Source of the DNA: Deltaproteobacteria bacterium
Lineage (GTDB): Bacteria > Myxococcota_A > Polyangia > Haliangiales > Haliangiaceae
Direction of reading: 5' to 3'
DNA length: 64,000 bases
Assembly (NCBI GenBank): GCA_026129065.1
Contig: JAHCIV010000002.1
Location: forward strand, 1 to 64,000
The notes under the pieces were generated by a model. That model ran no database searches and was not told where the DNA came from. It was given only the letters and a program-made list of their open reading frames with translations. The translations under genes and the position numbers were made by a program. This document shows, one piece after another, positions 27,588-37,254 of this stretch (positions within the stretch are counted from its first letter, which is position 1; each line of letters opens with the position of its first letter).

Positions 27588-28462
27588 CCACGTCGGCGAT
27601 CGGCACCCGGATCGTCCAGCTGCGACGACTCGCCCGAGGAATCCTGCGTTCGCCCGAGGAGTCGAGCCTGACCTGGCCGGGCGGCGTGCGCTTGACCCGG
27701 CTGCGACCGGTCAAGCCGCGCGACGTTCACGTCACCAACAAGTTCGGACGGATCACGCTGCGCGGCGAGCACGAGGGACGCCCGATCAAGCTGATCGAGG
27801 CGTTCTCCATCGAGCACGCGCAGTTCCTCGCGGCGATGTCCGCGCTGCCCGCGCTGCGCGCGCGGTTCCCCGAGGTGATCGCCAGCCACGGCCGCTTCCT
27901 CGTCACCCGCTGGGTGGAGGGCACCGCGCCGCCGCGGGTGATCGATGATCTCGTGGAGCTCCAGCTCGCGCTGCACCGGACCGAGCTCGCCGGGTTGCCG
28001 CCGGCCGGCTACGACCTGTGGCGCGACTTCCTGCGCCCGCGGCTGGTGCGCGCGGCCGAGATGGCGGGGCGCGATCCGGACGGGATCACCGCCTCGGTCG
28101 ATGACGTGGCGGATCGCCACCCGCGCACGCTGGTGCAGCCGGACCTTCGCCTCGAGAACCTGGTGGCGGTGAACGGCATGCTGGTCTCGATCGACAACGA
28201 AGCGTGCACGACCAGCGCGCTGCCGCTGCTCGACGTCTGCCACACCGCGCATGCGCTGCGCGGCGACGGCCAGCGCTACTGGACCGCCTATCTCCGTCAC
28301 GGCGGTGCGCGACCGGACCCGAACGAGCTGCGCGCCGTGCGCGGTGCGTGGCTGGCGCGGCTGGCCGGCGCGGCGTTCGTCGCCGGCCGGATCGGCGAGT
28401 CGGCGCGCCTCCTCGACGAGCACCACCGCGGCCGCAACCTGTTACCGTTCGATCCGACGTGA
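27584..28462 (+). CDS. Kinase-like protein (aminoglycoside/choline-kinase APH fold, putative small-molecule kinase)
   Basis: GTG start overlapping the methyltransferase stop (GTGA). LVQPDLRLENLV and SIDNEA resemble the HGDLHPGN and IDWE motifs. Confidence 0.5.
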   Translation: MTTSAIGTRIVQLRRLARGILRSPEESSLTWPGGVRLTRLRPVKPRDVHVTNKFGRITLRGEHEGRPIKLIEAFSIEHAQFLAAMSALPALRARFPEVIASHGRFLVTRWVEGTAPPRVIDDLVELQLALHRTELAGLPPAGYDLWRDFLRPRLVRAAEMAGRDPDGITASVDDVADRHPRTLVQPDLRLENLVAVNGMLVSIDNEACTTSALPLLDVCHTAHALRGDGQRYWTAYLRHGGARPDPNELRAVRGAWLARLAGAAFVAGRIGESARLLDEHHRGRNLLPFDPT

Positions 28463-29841
28463 TCCACTCCGGGCTCGACGCCGCGCGGCTCGACGCCGAC
28501 GTCTGTATCGTCGGCTCCGGTGCCGCCGGCCTCACGCTGGCGCGCGAGCTGAGCGGCGGCGCGCTTCGCGTGTGCGTGCTCGAGAGCGGAGGCCGGCGGC
28601 CGGCGGTCCAGCCCGATCCACATTACGCGCTGCGCGCCACCGAGCTGCCGATCGCCTCCGATTCGCGGGTGCGCGCGCTCGGCGGCACCACCACCGCGTG
28701 GGTCGGGCGGTGGAAGCGCTTCGATCCGATCGATCTCGCCGCGCGGCCGTGGGTGGCGGGCCCGGGCTGGCCGCTCCCGTACCACGAGCTCGAGCCGTAC
28801 TACCGGCGCGCCGCGGCGCTGGTCGAGCTCGACGAGCGGCCGCGCCCCGACGACGCTCCCGGCTTCCTGCCCGCCGGGTCCGTCGTCTCGACGGTGTTTC
28901 GCACGGTCGAGCTCGCCCGCCGCGACTTCGGCCGCGTGCTGGGCGGCGCGCTGCACGCCGCGCCGAACATCGAGATCGTGCTCGACGCCCACGCGATCGC
29001 GCTCGAGCGCACCGGGTCGCGCGTCACCCGCGTCCGAGCTCGCACGCCGCGCGGCGAGCTCGAGGTGATCGCGAACCGCGTCGTGCTCGCGGCCGGCGGC
29101 ATCGAGAACGCGCGCCTGCTCCTGCTCTCGGAGCTGGATCCGCACGATCAGGTAGGCCGGTGCTACATGGACCACCCCAAGGCGGTGATCGGCGTGGTCG
29201 AGACCTATCGCCCGCTCGATCTCTCGAGCTGGCGCGGGCTGAGCGAGGACGCCCCGGTGTACGCCGGCTATCGCCTCGCGGACGCCGAGCAGCGCGATCG
29301 CGCCGTGCTCAACTGCTATGCGTTCCTCGCGCCGCTGTTCGAACGCGACCTGCCGTCGCGGCTGGTCCGCCGTGTGCGGCGACCGCGCCGCGCGCGCGTC
29401 TTGGTCGTGCGCAACTACCTCGAGCAAGAGCCGCGTCCCGACAACCGCGTGACGCTCGATCGCGATCACCGCGACCCGTACGGCCAGCCGATCGCGAGCG
29501 TGCGCTGGACGATCAGCGACCTCGAGCGGCACAGCCTGACCGAGCTGCACCGCGCGCTCGCACGCGAGCTCCAGCGCGCGCGGATCGGCGAGCTGCACAG
29601 CGAGTTGCTCGATGGCCGCACGCCCCCGGCGCTCGGCGACGCATCGCACCACATGGGGACGACGCGCATGGGCCGCGATCCGCGGACCAGCGTGGTGGAC
29701 TCCGACGGGCGCGTTCACGAGCTCGACAACCTGTTCGTCGCCGGGAGCTCGGTGTTCCCGACGTCGGGCTACGCCAACCCCACGGCGACGATCGTCGCGC
29801 TCGCGATCCGCCTCGCCGATCACCTGAAGGAGGCCGGATGA
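28459..29841 (+). CDS. GMC-family FAD-dependent oxidoreductase
   Basis: GTG start with GTGA overlap. DVCIVGSGAAG Rossmann motif. C-terminal HHMGTTRMG...VVDSDGRVHELDNLFVAGSSVFPTSGYANPT, typical of GMC oxidoreductases. Confidence 0.75.
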   Translation: MIHSGLDAARLDADVCIVGSGAAGLTLARELSGGALRVCVLESGGRRPAVQPDPHYALRATELPIASDSRVRALGGTTTAWVGRWKRFDPIDLAARPWVAGPGWPLPYHELEPYYRRAAALVELDERPRPDDAPGFLPAGSVVSTVFRTVELARRDFGRVLGGALHAAPNIEIVLDAHAIALERTGSRVTRVRARTPRGELEVIANRVVLAAGGIENARLLLLSELDPHDQVGRCYMDHPKAVIGVVETYRPLDLSSWRGLSEDAPVYAGYRLADAEQRDRAVLNCYAFLAPLFERDLPSRLVRRVRRPRRARVLVVRNYLEQEPRPDNRVTLDRDHRDPYGQPIASVRWTISDLERHSLTELHRALARELQRARIGELHSELLDGRTPPALGDASHHMGTTRMGRDPRTSVVDSDGRVHELDNLFVAGSSVFPTSGYANPTATIVALAIRLADHLKEAG

Positions 29842-30818
29842 CCCGCGTCGCGGTGATCGGCGCCGGCCGGCGCGTGCTCGGCGCGATCCTGCCGGCCCTG
29901 CACTGTCTGCGCGATCGGTTCGAGCTGGCCGCGGTGTACGCGCGGCGCGAGCGCGAGATCGACTACGGGCTCGGCCGGGTGGTCACGCGCTCGTCGCGCG
30001 AGATCACGCTCGACGGCGTCGATCTGGTCGCGGTCGCGGTCGGGCTCGACGCGATCCCCGAGCTGCTCGGCCGGCTCGCCGCGCGGCGCCCGCGGCACGC
30101 CGTGCTGCTGCTCGACACCCCGGTGCTGCCGCCCTCGCGGCTGGACGCGGCGCGCCACTTCGCGGCGTTCCGCCGGGTGCTGGTGGCGGAGGACAACCTC
30201 GCGCTACCGCCGTTCCTGCTCGCGCGGCGCCTGATCGACGACGGCGCGATCGGCGACGTCCGGCGCATCTACTTCTTCCACAACGGCTACAAGTACCACG
30301 CGCTCGCGAGCCTCAAGCTGCTGGCCGGTGCGCCCATCACCGGGCTGCGCAGCCGGCGCTACAAGGGCAAGCTGCGCCAGAAACAGATCGAGCTCGCGAA
30401 CGGCACCTCGGCGATCATGTACGAGCCGCGCGATTACGCGGTCGGCCGGTTCCTCGTCGAGGGAACGCGCGGCGCGATCGCCGACTATTCGTTCGACGGC
30501 CCGGCCGCGCGCATCATCGGCTACCGCCTCGACGGTCCCGTCTACCGCGGGCTCACGCTCGACGGCAGCCCGCTCGCGCCCGCGGGGCTCGACGCCGCGT
30601 ACCTCGCCCACGCCGGCCCGACGATTCCGGAGGCGTCGCCCATGAACACGATGAAGTTGCGGGGGCTCATGGACGTCCTCGCCGGCGCGCTCGAAGATCG
30701 ATCGCCTTTCCACTACGCGCCCGGTGAGGGAGTGACCGACGCGCTCGCGATCCGGATCGCGGATCGCGTGGGATGGGTGCCGGCGCTCGGGCTCCTCGCG
30801 CGGCTCGGGCGGCGCTAG
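29838..30818 (+). CDS. Gfo/Idh/MocA-like NAD(P)-binding oxidoreductase
   Basis: RBS gaaggagg. ATG at 29838 (ATGA overlap). N-terminus MTRVAVIGAGRRVLGAILPAL. Confidence 0.55.
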   Translation: MTRVAVIGAGRRVLGAILPALHCLRDRFELAAVYARREREIDYGLGRVVTRSSREITLDGVDLVAVAVGLDAIPELLGRLAARRPRHAVLLLDTPVLPPSRLDAARHFAAFRRVLVAEDNLALPPFLLARRLIDDGAIGDVRRIYFFHNGYKYHALASLKLLAGAPITGLRSRRYKGKLRQKQIELANGTSAIMYEPRDYAVGRFLVEGTRGAIADYSFDGPAARIIGYRLDGPVYRGLTLDGSPLAPAGLDAAYLAHAGPTIPEASPMNTMKLRGLMDVLAGALEDRSPFHYAPGEGVTDALAIRIADRVGWVPALGLLARLGRR

Positions 30819-31834
30819 TTTTCGGCGCGGAGCTGCTCCGCGATCCACTCCGAGTAGACCCGGGCCGCGTCGCCGACCACGTGATCCGCGTTCTCCATCT
30901 GGTCGGCCGGGAACGTGAGCGGCGGCCCGTCGACCACGCGCACCGGCGAGCCGGGACCCACGGTGCGGTGCAGCTTGTCGCGCAGCGTGGCGAGGTGGCG
31001 CTGCATGTCCGGCTCGAGCCACAGCTCGGTGAAGTACGGCGACGGCAAGATCACCACCGGAAACCCGTGGCGGCGGGCCAGGCCGTCGATCGCGAGCAGC
31101 GCCCGGTGGTTGATCGCCGACAGCGGCTGCTTGATGGCGCGCAGCTCGCGGAGGTATCCGCGCTTGCTCGCCGCCACCCGCTTGGGGTTGGCATCCGGCA
31201 CCAGCATGAACCCGCCGCGCTCGAGCGTGAACCGCGTGGCCATCGCCTCGCGCGGCGAGGTTAGCCAGGTCAGCACGCTCGTGCTCTCGGAGTGGAGCGG
31301 CAGGTAGCGGCTCGAGATCACGTCCTCGATCTCCGAGGTCGACAGCTCCAGCGATGGATCGAGCTCGCGCCAGAACCCGAGGCCGCGCGGGATCTTCGCG
31401 AGCAGGTGGAGCGACGAGTAGTCGAGCTCGCGCGACCACGCGTTGGTGACGTGGACGATCACCACGCGTCGTGGCGCGCCGTGGCGGGCGATGTACTCGC
31501 CGAGCATCCACGCGTCGTTGAGCACGAGCGCGTTGCCCACGGTGCACAGGTTGAGCGAGCGGGTCGCGAGCTTCGCGTCGAGCACGTCGGGGCGGATGCC
31601 CTGGTTGCAGCTCGAGTCACCGAGCAGCAGCGTCTCGACCGGCTCCGTGCGATCGAGCAACTCCCACTTCTCGCGGACCAGCCAGGTGCCGCGGTTGACC
31701 GGGCGCCAGGTGAGCAGCGCGAGCAGGATGAGGTTGGCGAGCACGACGAACGCGATGAGCCCGAACGCCAGGCGCAGCGTCGTGGCCCGGCTGAATTCGC
31801 CGATGCGTTCGGGGGTGGTCTCGGGAGTCGACAT
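30815..31834 (-). CDS. Membrane-anchored periplasmic partner of the MBOAT O-acyltransferase (AlgJ/AlgX/DltD-like, putative)
   Basis: Internal ATG at 31834 (MSTPETTPERIGEFSRATTLRLAFGLIAFVVLANLILLALLTW, one TM helix). Immediately downstream of MBOAT. The N-terminal part of track ORF 30815..32698 is antisense junk. Confidence 0.55.
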   Translation of the reverse strand: MSTPETTPERIGEFSRATTLRLAFGLIAFVVLANLILLALLTWRPVNRGTWLVREKWELLDRTEPVETLLLGDSSCNQGIRPDVLDAKLATRSLNLCTVGNALVLNDAWMLGEYIARHGAPRRVVIVHVTNAWSRELDYSSLHLLAKIPRGLGFWRELDPSLELSTSEIEDVISSRYLPLHSESTSVLTWLTSPREAMATRFTLERGGFMLVPDANPKRVAASKRGYLRELRAIKQPLSAINHRALLAIDGLARRHGFPVVILPSPYFTELWLEPDMQRHLATLRDKLHRTVGPGSPVRVVDGPPLTFPADQMENADHVVGDAARVYSEWIAEQLRAEN

Positions 31835-31836
31835 GG

Positions 31837-33258
31837 TCAGAACGCGAAGTAGATGAACTCGTTGTGGCCGCGCGCGGCGAACAGCACCATCGCGATGATC
31901 ATGATCACGTAGAGCACGAACAGCTTCCCGGTGCCGATCTTCGTCGGCGCGAGCAGGTCGTGGGCGCGGTACTGCCACAGCTCGATCGCGAGCAGCGGGA
32001 GCCACAGCGCCACGATCCGCCACGCGTGCCCCCAGCTGCGATCGGTGACCGAGACGCCGAAGCTGCGGACGAGATCGACGACCTGCCCCATCGACTCGGC
32101 GCGGAACAGCAGCCAACCGATCGCCGTGAGCACGAACATGACCGCCATGCGCGGGAGGACGTCGCGCGCGCGCCACGCCGGCGTGCCCGGCTGCGGGTGC
32201 GCGTCGGGCCGGTTGGTCGCGCGATACACGATCAAGATCGCCCCGTGGAACGCTCCCCAGAACACGAAGTGCCAGGCCGCGCCGTGCCACAGCCCGCCGA
32301 GCACCATCGTCAGCGCGAGGTTGCGGTAGGTGCGGAGCTCGCTGCCGCGGTTGCCGCCGAGCGGGATGTACAGGTAATCGCGCAGCCACTGCGAGAGCGA
32401 CACGTGCCAGCGCTTCCAGAAGTCGCTCGGGCTGAGCGCGAAGTAGGGCAGCTGGAAGTTGAGCGGCAGATCGAAGCCCATGATCTTGGCGAGCCCGCGC
32501 GCGATGTCGGTGTAGCCGGAGAAGTCGCCGTAGATCTGCAGCGTGAACGCGAGCACACCGAGCATCGGGTCGACGCCGGACGGGTTCGCCGCGGGATCGA
32601 ACACCGCGTTGGCGATCTGCGCCGCGTTGTCGGCGATCACCAGCTTCTTGAAGAAGCCCCACACGATCAGCCACAGCCCGGCGTGGACCTGCGGCCACAC
32701 GAGGACCCGCCTCTCGGCGACCTGGCGCAGCAGCACGTGCGTGCGCTGGATCGGACCCGCCACGAGGTGCGGGAAGAACGCGATGAACGTGGCGTAGGTC
32801 AGGTAGCTGCGCTCGGGCTGGAGCAGCCCGCGATAGACGTCGACCGCATAGCCGATCGCCTGGAACGTGTAGAAGCTGAGCCCCACCGGGAGCAGGAACT
32901 CGAGGGTCGGCGTGTCGACCGAGATCCCGATCGCCGACAGCAGCGCCACCAGGTTGTCCGCGAAGAACCCGAAGTACTTGAAGAACCCGAGGATGAGCAG
33001 GTTGGCGATCACGCTGACCAGCAGCCAGCGGCGCTTGCCGACGCGCTCGCTCGCCGCGGCGATCCGCTGCGCGGTGAAGAAGTCGATCGACGTCGACAGG
33101 ATGAGCAGCCCGAGGAACCGGACGTCCCAGAAGCCGTAGAACAACCAGCTACAGCCGAGGAGCCACGCGTTCTGCACGCGCAGCTTTGCGCGCAACGCGA
33201 GGTACCCCGTGTAGAACACGACGAAGAACCCCACGAACACGAGCGAGTTGAACAGCAC
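31837..33258 (-). CDS. MBOAT-family membrane-bound O-acyltransferase (AlgI/DltB-like)
   Basis: GTG start. Multi-TM. The conserved His region (WHGAAWHFVFWGAFHG) is typical of AlgI/DltB. Confidence 0.85.
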   Translation of the reverse strand: MLFNSLVFVGFFVVFYTGYLALRAKLRVQNAWLLGCSWLFYGFWDVRFLGLLILSTSIDFFTAQRIAAASERVGKRRWLLVSVIANLLILGFFKYFGFFADNLVALLSAIGISVDTPTLEFLLPVGLSFYTFQAIGYAVDVYRGLLQPERSYLTYATFIAFFPHLVAGPIQRTHVLLRQVAERRVLVWPQVHAGLWLIVWGFFKKLVIADNAAQIANAVFDPAANPSGVDPMLGVLAFTLQIYGDFSGYTDIARGLAKIMGFDLPLNFQLPYFALSPSDFWKRWHVSLSQWLRDYLYIPLGGNRGSELRTYRNLALTMVLGGLWHGAAWHFVFWGAFHGAILIVYRATNRPDAHPQPGTPAWRARDVLPRMAVMFVLTAIGWLLFRAESMGQVVDLVRSFGVSVTDRSWGHAWRIVALWLPLLAIELWQYRAHDLLAPTKIGTGKLFVLYVIMIIAMVLFAARGHNEFIYFAF

Positions 33259-33261
33259 CGC

Positions 33262-33363
33262 TCACGGCCCGCCGCGCCGCACGCGCGGCGCCACGTCGTC
33301 GGTCTCGCGCCACATCTCCACCATCGCCAGGATCGAATAGAACGTCGCGTGCGGCGTGTCCAT
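33262..33363 (-). CDS. Candidate 33-aa micro-ORF (MDTPHATFYSILAMVEMWRETDDVAPRVRRGGP) translationally coupled to MBOAT
   Basis: Strong RBS aaggaagga 8 nt before the ATG. The stop lies 3 nt before the MBOAT GTG. Confidence 0.25.
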   Translation of the reverse strand: MDTPHATFYSILAMVEMWRETDDVAPRVRRGGP

Positions 33364-33395
33364 GGCGTGGGTCCTTCCTTTGTCGGGCTCGCAGA

Positions 33396-34079
33396 TCACG
33401 CGAGCAGCGAACGCGCCTCGGGACCGAGGTTGAACAGCGCATCGACGACCGCGAGGTTCGGGATGAATCCGTGCCTCGGGAAGAGCTGAGCATACTCGCG
33501 GCCTCGGTAGTCCTGCCACCGGATCGCGATCCCGGCGCGCTCGAACTCCGTCACATCCATGTACTCCTTGCCGCCCGGGCCGGACAGATACGTCTCCGCC
33601 CCGACGGCGCGGCAGATCGCGATGTGGTGCGCGTTCGGGCCCTCACTCGGCGGGAGGCCGAGCTCGGACGCGATCCGGATCGCGGTCGTGATCTGGAGTG
33701 CCTCGAAGGCCCAGCGCAGGAGGTCGACGTCGAGGTCAACCAGGCGTTCGTGCGTGCCGTCGCGCAGGATTGCACGCAGCCCGGGCGCGAGCGCGGCGAA
33801 GTAAGGCGCCGGCCGATAGTTGGTCTCGATCGCGGCCCACACCTTGCGACGCCACGGGATCGGCGCCAGCGCGACGTCGCGGATCAGCTGACCGCGGTGC
33901 TTGACCACCGGCACGGTGAGCATCTGCGTGCCGGTCTGCATCTTGATCAGGTTGCGGTGCTGGAAGTGACGGTCCATGAACAGGACGTCGTCGAGCAGCA
34001 CGAGCACGTCGCTGTGCGCGACCTTGTGAAAGAACCCGAGGTAGGGCAGGAACTGCGGCTGATGGTTCGCGGCGATCAT
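33396..34079 (-). CDS. WbqC-like family protein (LPS/polysaccharide locus protein)
   Basis: MIAANHQPQFLPYLGFFHKVAHSDVLVLLDDVLF matches the WbqC-like N-terminal signature. ATG at 34079. Confidence 0.7.
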   Translation of the reverse strand: MIAANHQPQFLPYLGFFHKVAHSDVLVLLDDVLFMDRHFQHRNLIKMQTGTQMLTVPVVKHRGQLIRDVALAPIPWRRKVWAAIETNYRPAPYFAALAPGLRAILRDGTHERLVDLDVDLLRWAFEALQITTAIRIASELGLPPSEGPNAHHIAICRAVGAETYLSGPGGKEYMDVTEFERAGIAIRWQDYRGREYAQLFPRHGFIPNLAVVDALFNLGPEARSLLA

Positions 34080-34627
34080 CGCGGCGGCTGCCACTCGTCG
34101 CGCAACAGGCCCATCACGATCACGTCGTCGGTGACGCCGCGCAGGTGCCACGCCCGGCGCAGCCGGCCCTCGACGACGAACCCGAGCTTCTCGTACATGC
34201 GCAGCGCGCGCGTGTTCGGCGCGAACACGCGCAGCCAGATGCGCTCGAGGTTGAGGTGGCGAAAGCCGAACTCGACGAGGAGGCCGCACGCCTGCCGGCC
34301 CAGCGACGCGCCCCACGCCTGCTTGTCGCCGATCCGGATGCGGAGCTCGGCGACGCGGCCGACCCAGTCGATGTCGACCAGACAGCACGTGCCGATCAGC
34401 TCGGGGGGCGCGAGCTTCTCGATGCCGAACCACGTTTGGTGCTCGCCGGTCACCGCCGCGCGGAACCACGCGTCCTGCTGGACGTCGCTGATCGGCCGGA
34501 ACACGTTCGACAGCGCCAGCACCTCCGGGTCGTTGATGAACGACCGCAGGACCTCGCGGTCGTCGGTGGTCAGCGCGCGCAGGCGCACGTGGGACGAGGC
34601 GAGGCCGGTGTCGGGATTGCGCGCCAT
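34076..34627 (-). CDS. GNAT-family N-acetyltransferase
   Basis: ORF track. Acetyl-CoA binding region RIGDKQAWGASLGRQA. Four-nt overlap with WbqC. Confidence 0.8.
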   Translation of the reverse strand: MARNPDTGLASSHVRLRALTTDDREVLRSFINDPEVLALSNVFRPISDVQQDAWFRAAVTGEHQTWFGIEKLAPPELIGTCCLVDIDWVGRVAELRIRIGDKQAWGASLGRQACGLLVEFGFRHLNLERIWLRVFAPNTRALRMYEKLGFVVEGRLRRAWHLRGVTDDVIVMGLLRDEWQPPR

Positions 34628-34628
34628 G

Positions 34629-35327
34629 TCAGTTCACCGTCCCGGCGGGGCTGCCGCCCGGTACCTCGGCGACCGCGGGCGCGGTGTGGCGCTGCGCGAG
34701 CAGCACCCACGCCGTGCCGGCGAGCACGCGGAGATCGAGGCCGATCGACCAGCGCCGCACGTAGTCCGCGTTGATCGCCTGTCGGGTCGTCCAGTCGTTC
34801 GCGAACGCGCCGCGCGTGAACGTCCACGCCGTGCAGCCCGGCGGCATCGCGAACCGCACCAGGAGGTCATCCGGGTACGCGGCGAGGTTGTCCGGCAGAT
34901 CGGGGCGCGGGCCGACCAGGCTCATCCGCCCGGACAGCACGTGGAGCAGCTGCGGCAGCTCGTCGAGCCGCCAGTCGCGAAGCAGCGCGCCGCCGGGGAT
35001 CAGCCGAGGATCCCCACGCGTCACCTCCCCGCGCGCGCGGACGGCGCCGGCCGGCGTCTCGCTCCGCATCGTCCGGAACTTCCACATCGTGAACGTCCGG
35101 CCGTCGAGCCCGACGCGGGGCTGGCGGAAGATCACCGGACCGGTGGGATCGACGGCGCGCACGAACGCGGCGACCGCGCCCATGACGGGCAGCGCGGCGA
35201 CCGCGGCCGGGGCGGCGATCGCCAGGTCGAGCGCCCGCTTCGCGATGCGCCGCAACCGCCCGGTGCGCCACGGCAGGGATCCCGCCCGGTGGATCGCCTC
35301 GAGGATCCGGGCGCGCTGCTCGATCAT
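34629..35327 (-). CDS. Small polyprenyl-phosphate sugar phosphotransferase (Bac_transf domain, PglC/WbaP-C-like priming enzyme)
   Basis: One TM helix, then VGPRPDLPDNLAAYPDDLLVRFAMPPGCT. Characteristic PGT motifs. Confidence 0.8.
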   Translation of the reverse strand: MIEQRARILEAIHRAGSLPWRTGRLRRIAKRALDLAIAAPAAVAALPVMGAVAAFVRAVDPTGPVIFRQPRVGLDGRTFTMWKFRTMRSETPAGAVRARGEVTRGDPRLIPGGALLRDWRLDELPQLLHVLSGRMSLVGPRPDLPDNLAAYPDDLLVRFAMPPGCTAWTFTRGAFANDWTTRQAINADYVRRWSIGLDLRVLAGTAWVLLAQRHTAPAVAEVPGGSPAGTVN

Positions 35328-36502
35328 CGCCGCTGCATCCTATCAGCTCGCGCGCGGAGCAGCCGCTCGTAGGTCGCGAGCACGGTCGCGAACACCGTGC
35401 GCTGATCGAAGCGCGCGGTCGCGAGCCGCCGCCCCGCCCGGCCCATCGCGCGCGCGCGGTCCGGAGCTCCGAGGATCTCCGCGATCGCCGTCGCGAGCGC
35501 GCCGGGATCGCGCGGCGGAACGAGCACGCCGGTCTCGCCGTCGTCGACGGCCGTCCGGCAGCCGCGGATCCGCGTCGCGATCACCGGCAGCCCCATCGCC
35601 GACGCCTCCATCACGGTGCGCGGGAAACCCTCGCGGTGCGACGGCAGCACGAACAGGTCCATCGCCGACATGAGCTCGGGGATGTCGCGGCGGTGACCCG
35701 TGAACACGCACCGATCGGCGATCCCGTGGCGCGCCGCGGCCGAGGGATCGATCGCATCCTGCTTCGCGCGATCGTGCCAGCCGACGAACAGGAAGCGCAC
35801 GTCGGGAACGCGCGCGCGCACCGCCGCCGCCGCCGCGAGCAGCTCGGGCACGCCCTTCTCCGCGACCAGGCGGCCGACGAACCCGACGACCGGTGCGCCC
35901 GGCGGGATCCCGAGCTCGCGCCGGAGGTCCGCCGTGGTCGCCGCGGGGATCCGGGCGCGATCGAAGCGCTCGACGTCGATGCCGTTGCCGAGCAGCGCGA
36001 TCTTGGACGGCGGGCAGATCCGCTCGCGGATCGCGGTGTCGATGTCCTCGGGGTTCTGCGACAGCACGGCGTCGCAACACGCCATGCCGGCGCGGGCGAG
36101 GTGGACGAACAGCCGGCGGGTTCGCCGCGGCATGTCGTCGTGGAAATAGAACCCGTGCAGCGTCGTGACCACGATCGGCACCCCGGCCGCCCGCGCCGCG
36201 ATCGCCGCGTACAGGTCGGGCTTGGCCGTGTGCGTGTGGACCACCGCGAAGCGCTCGCGCCGGAACGTGCGCACCAGGTGACCGAGCGCGCGCAGGTCGG
36301 CGAGCGGCGTGAGCCCCGAGGCGCGCACGAACGGGACCGCGAGGTGAGGGATCCCGGCGCGCGCGAGCACCGCCGTCGCGGGCCCGGCCGCCGACAGCCC
36401 GGTCACGGTGTAGCCAGCGCCGCGGATCGCGCGCAGCTGGTCGAGGAGCAGCAGCTCGAGCGAGTCGGCGATCGTCGTGACGTGCGCGACCGACGGCGTC
36501 AT
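35324..36502 (-). CDS. GT4-family glycosyltransferase
   Basis: Internal ATG at 36502 (MTPSVAHVTT). GT-B fold, with an EX7E-type C-terminal region (FVLPSHREGFPRTVMEASAMGLPVIAT). Confidence 0.8.
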   Translation of the reverse strand: MTPSVAHVTTIADSLELLLLDQLRAIRGAGYTVTGLSAAGPATAVLARAGIPHLAVPFVRASGLTPLADLRALGHLVRTFRRERFAVVHTHTAKPDLYAAIAARAAGVPIVVTTLHGFYFHDDMPRRTRRLFVHLARAGMACCDAVLSQNPEDIDTAIRERICPPSKIALLGNGIDVERFDRARIPAATTADLRRELGIPPGAPVVGFVGRLVAEKGVPELLAAAAAVRARVPDVRFLFVGWHDRAKQDAIDPSAAARHGIADRCVFTGHRRDIPELMSAMDLFVLPSHREGFPRTVMEASAMGLPVIATRIRGCRTAVDDGETGVLVPPRDPGALATAIAEILGAPDRARAMGRAGRRLATARFDQRTVFATVLATYERLLRARADRMQRR

Positions 36503-37191
36503 CGATCGAGCAACCGGATCGCCACGAACGCCTCGGCGGCCGACATCCCCTGCTGGGCGCCGCGCCACGTCGCGAGCGCGCGGACCGCCTCGAGCGAACG
36601 CGCATCCGGCGCCGGCCGGAGCTGGCTGTCGTAGCAGGCGAGCGCGCGCAGCTTCGTCTCGAGGTGGTCCGAGATGTCGACCCAGGTGTTCGGCACGAAG
36701 CTCGCCTCGAGGTACGGGGCGTTCCAGTGCGTCTCGGACTGCACCTCGTAGCAGTAGACCGCGCGGATCGCGCGCCCGACCGCCGACGAGGGACGCCACC
36801 CGACGCTCGCCGCGTGGAACACCTCGCGGTGGTCCTTGTGCAGATCGAACGGAAACGGCACGTAGAGCACGCTGGGCGCGACGCGTTCGATCACCCGCTT
36901 GATCACCTCGTTGACCCGCCACACCGGCTGGTCGGCGACGAGCGCCGCCGGCAGCTCCTCGAAGTGCAGGTGGGCTCCACCCAGGATCCCCATCGCGCGC
37001 GCGGCCTCCGCGCGCACCGTGTCCCAGACCGAGCGCGGCCACAGCGGGTGCGGCTCGTCACCGTGGCCGGTGATCACGGCCACGTGGACCTCGTGGCCCT
37101 CGGCGATCCGGCGCGCGATCGTGCCGCCGACCCCGAGCGTCTCGTCATCGGCGTGGGGGGCTACCACCAGGATCCGGCTCGCCGACGACAT
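36499..37191 (-). CDS. PIG-L/LmbE-family N-deacetylase
   Basis: Internal ATG at 37191. ILVVAPHADDETLGVGGTI motif. Confidence 0.8.
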   Translation of the reverse strand: MSSASRILVVAPHADDETLGVGGTIARRIAEGHEVHVAVITGHGDEPHPLWPRSVWDTVRAEAARAMGILGGAHLHFEELPAALVADQPVWRVNEVIKRVIERVAPSVLYVPFPFDLHKDHREVFHAASVGWRPSSAVGRAIRAVYCYEVQSETHWNAPYLEASFVPNTWVDISDHLETKLRALACYDSQLRPAPDARSLEAVRALATWRGAQQGMSAAEAFVAIRLLDR

Positions 37192-37254
37192 CGCGTCGAC
37201 GATGCCATAGCACGCCGGCTTGCGCGCGCCGAGGGCGCACGCAACAGTCGCGGC

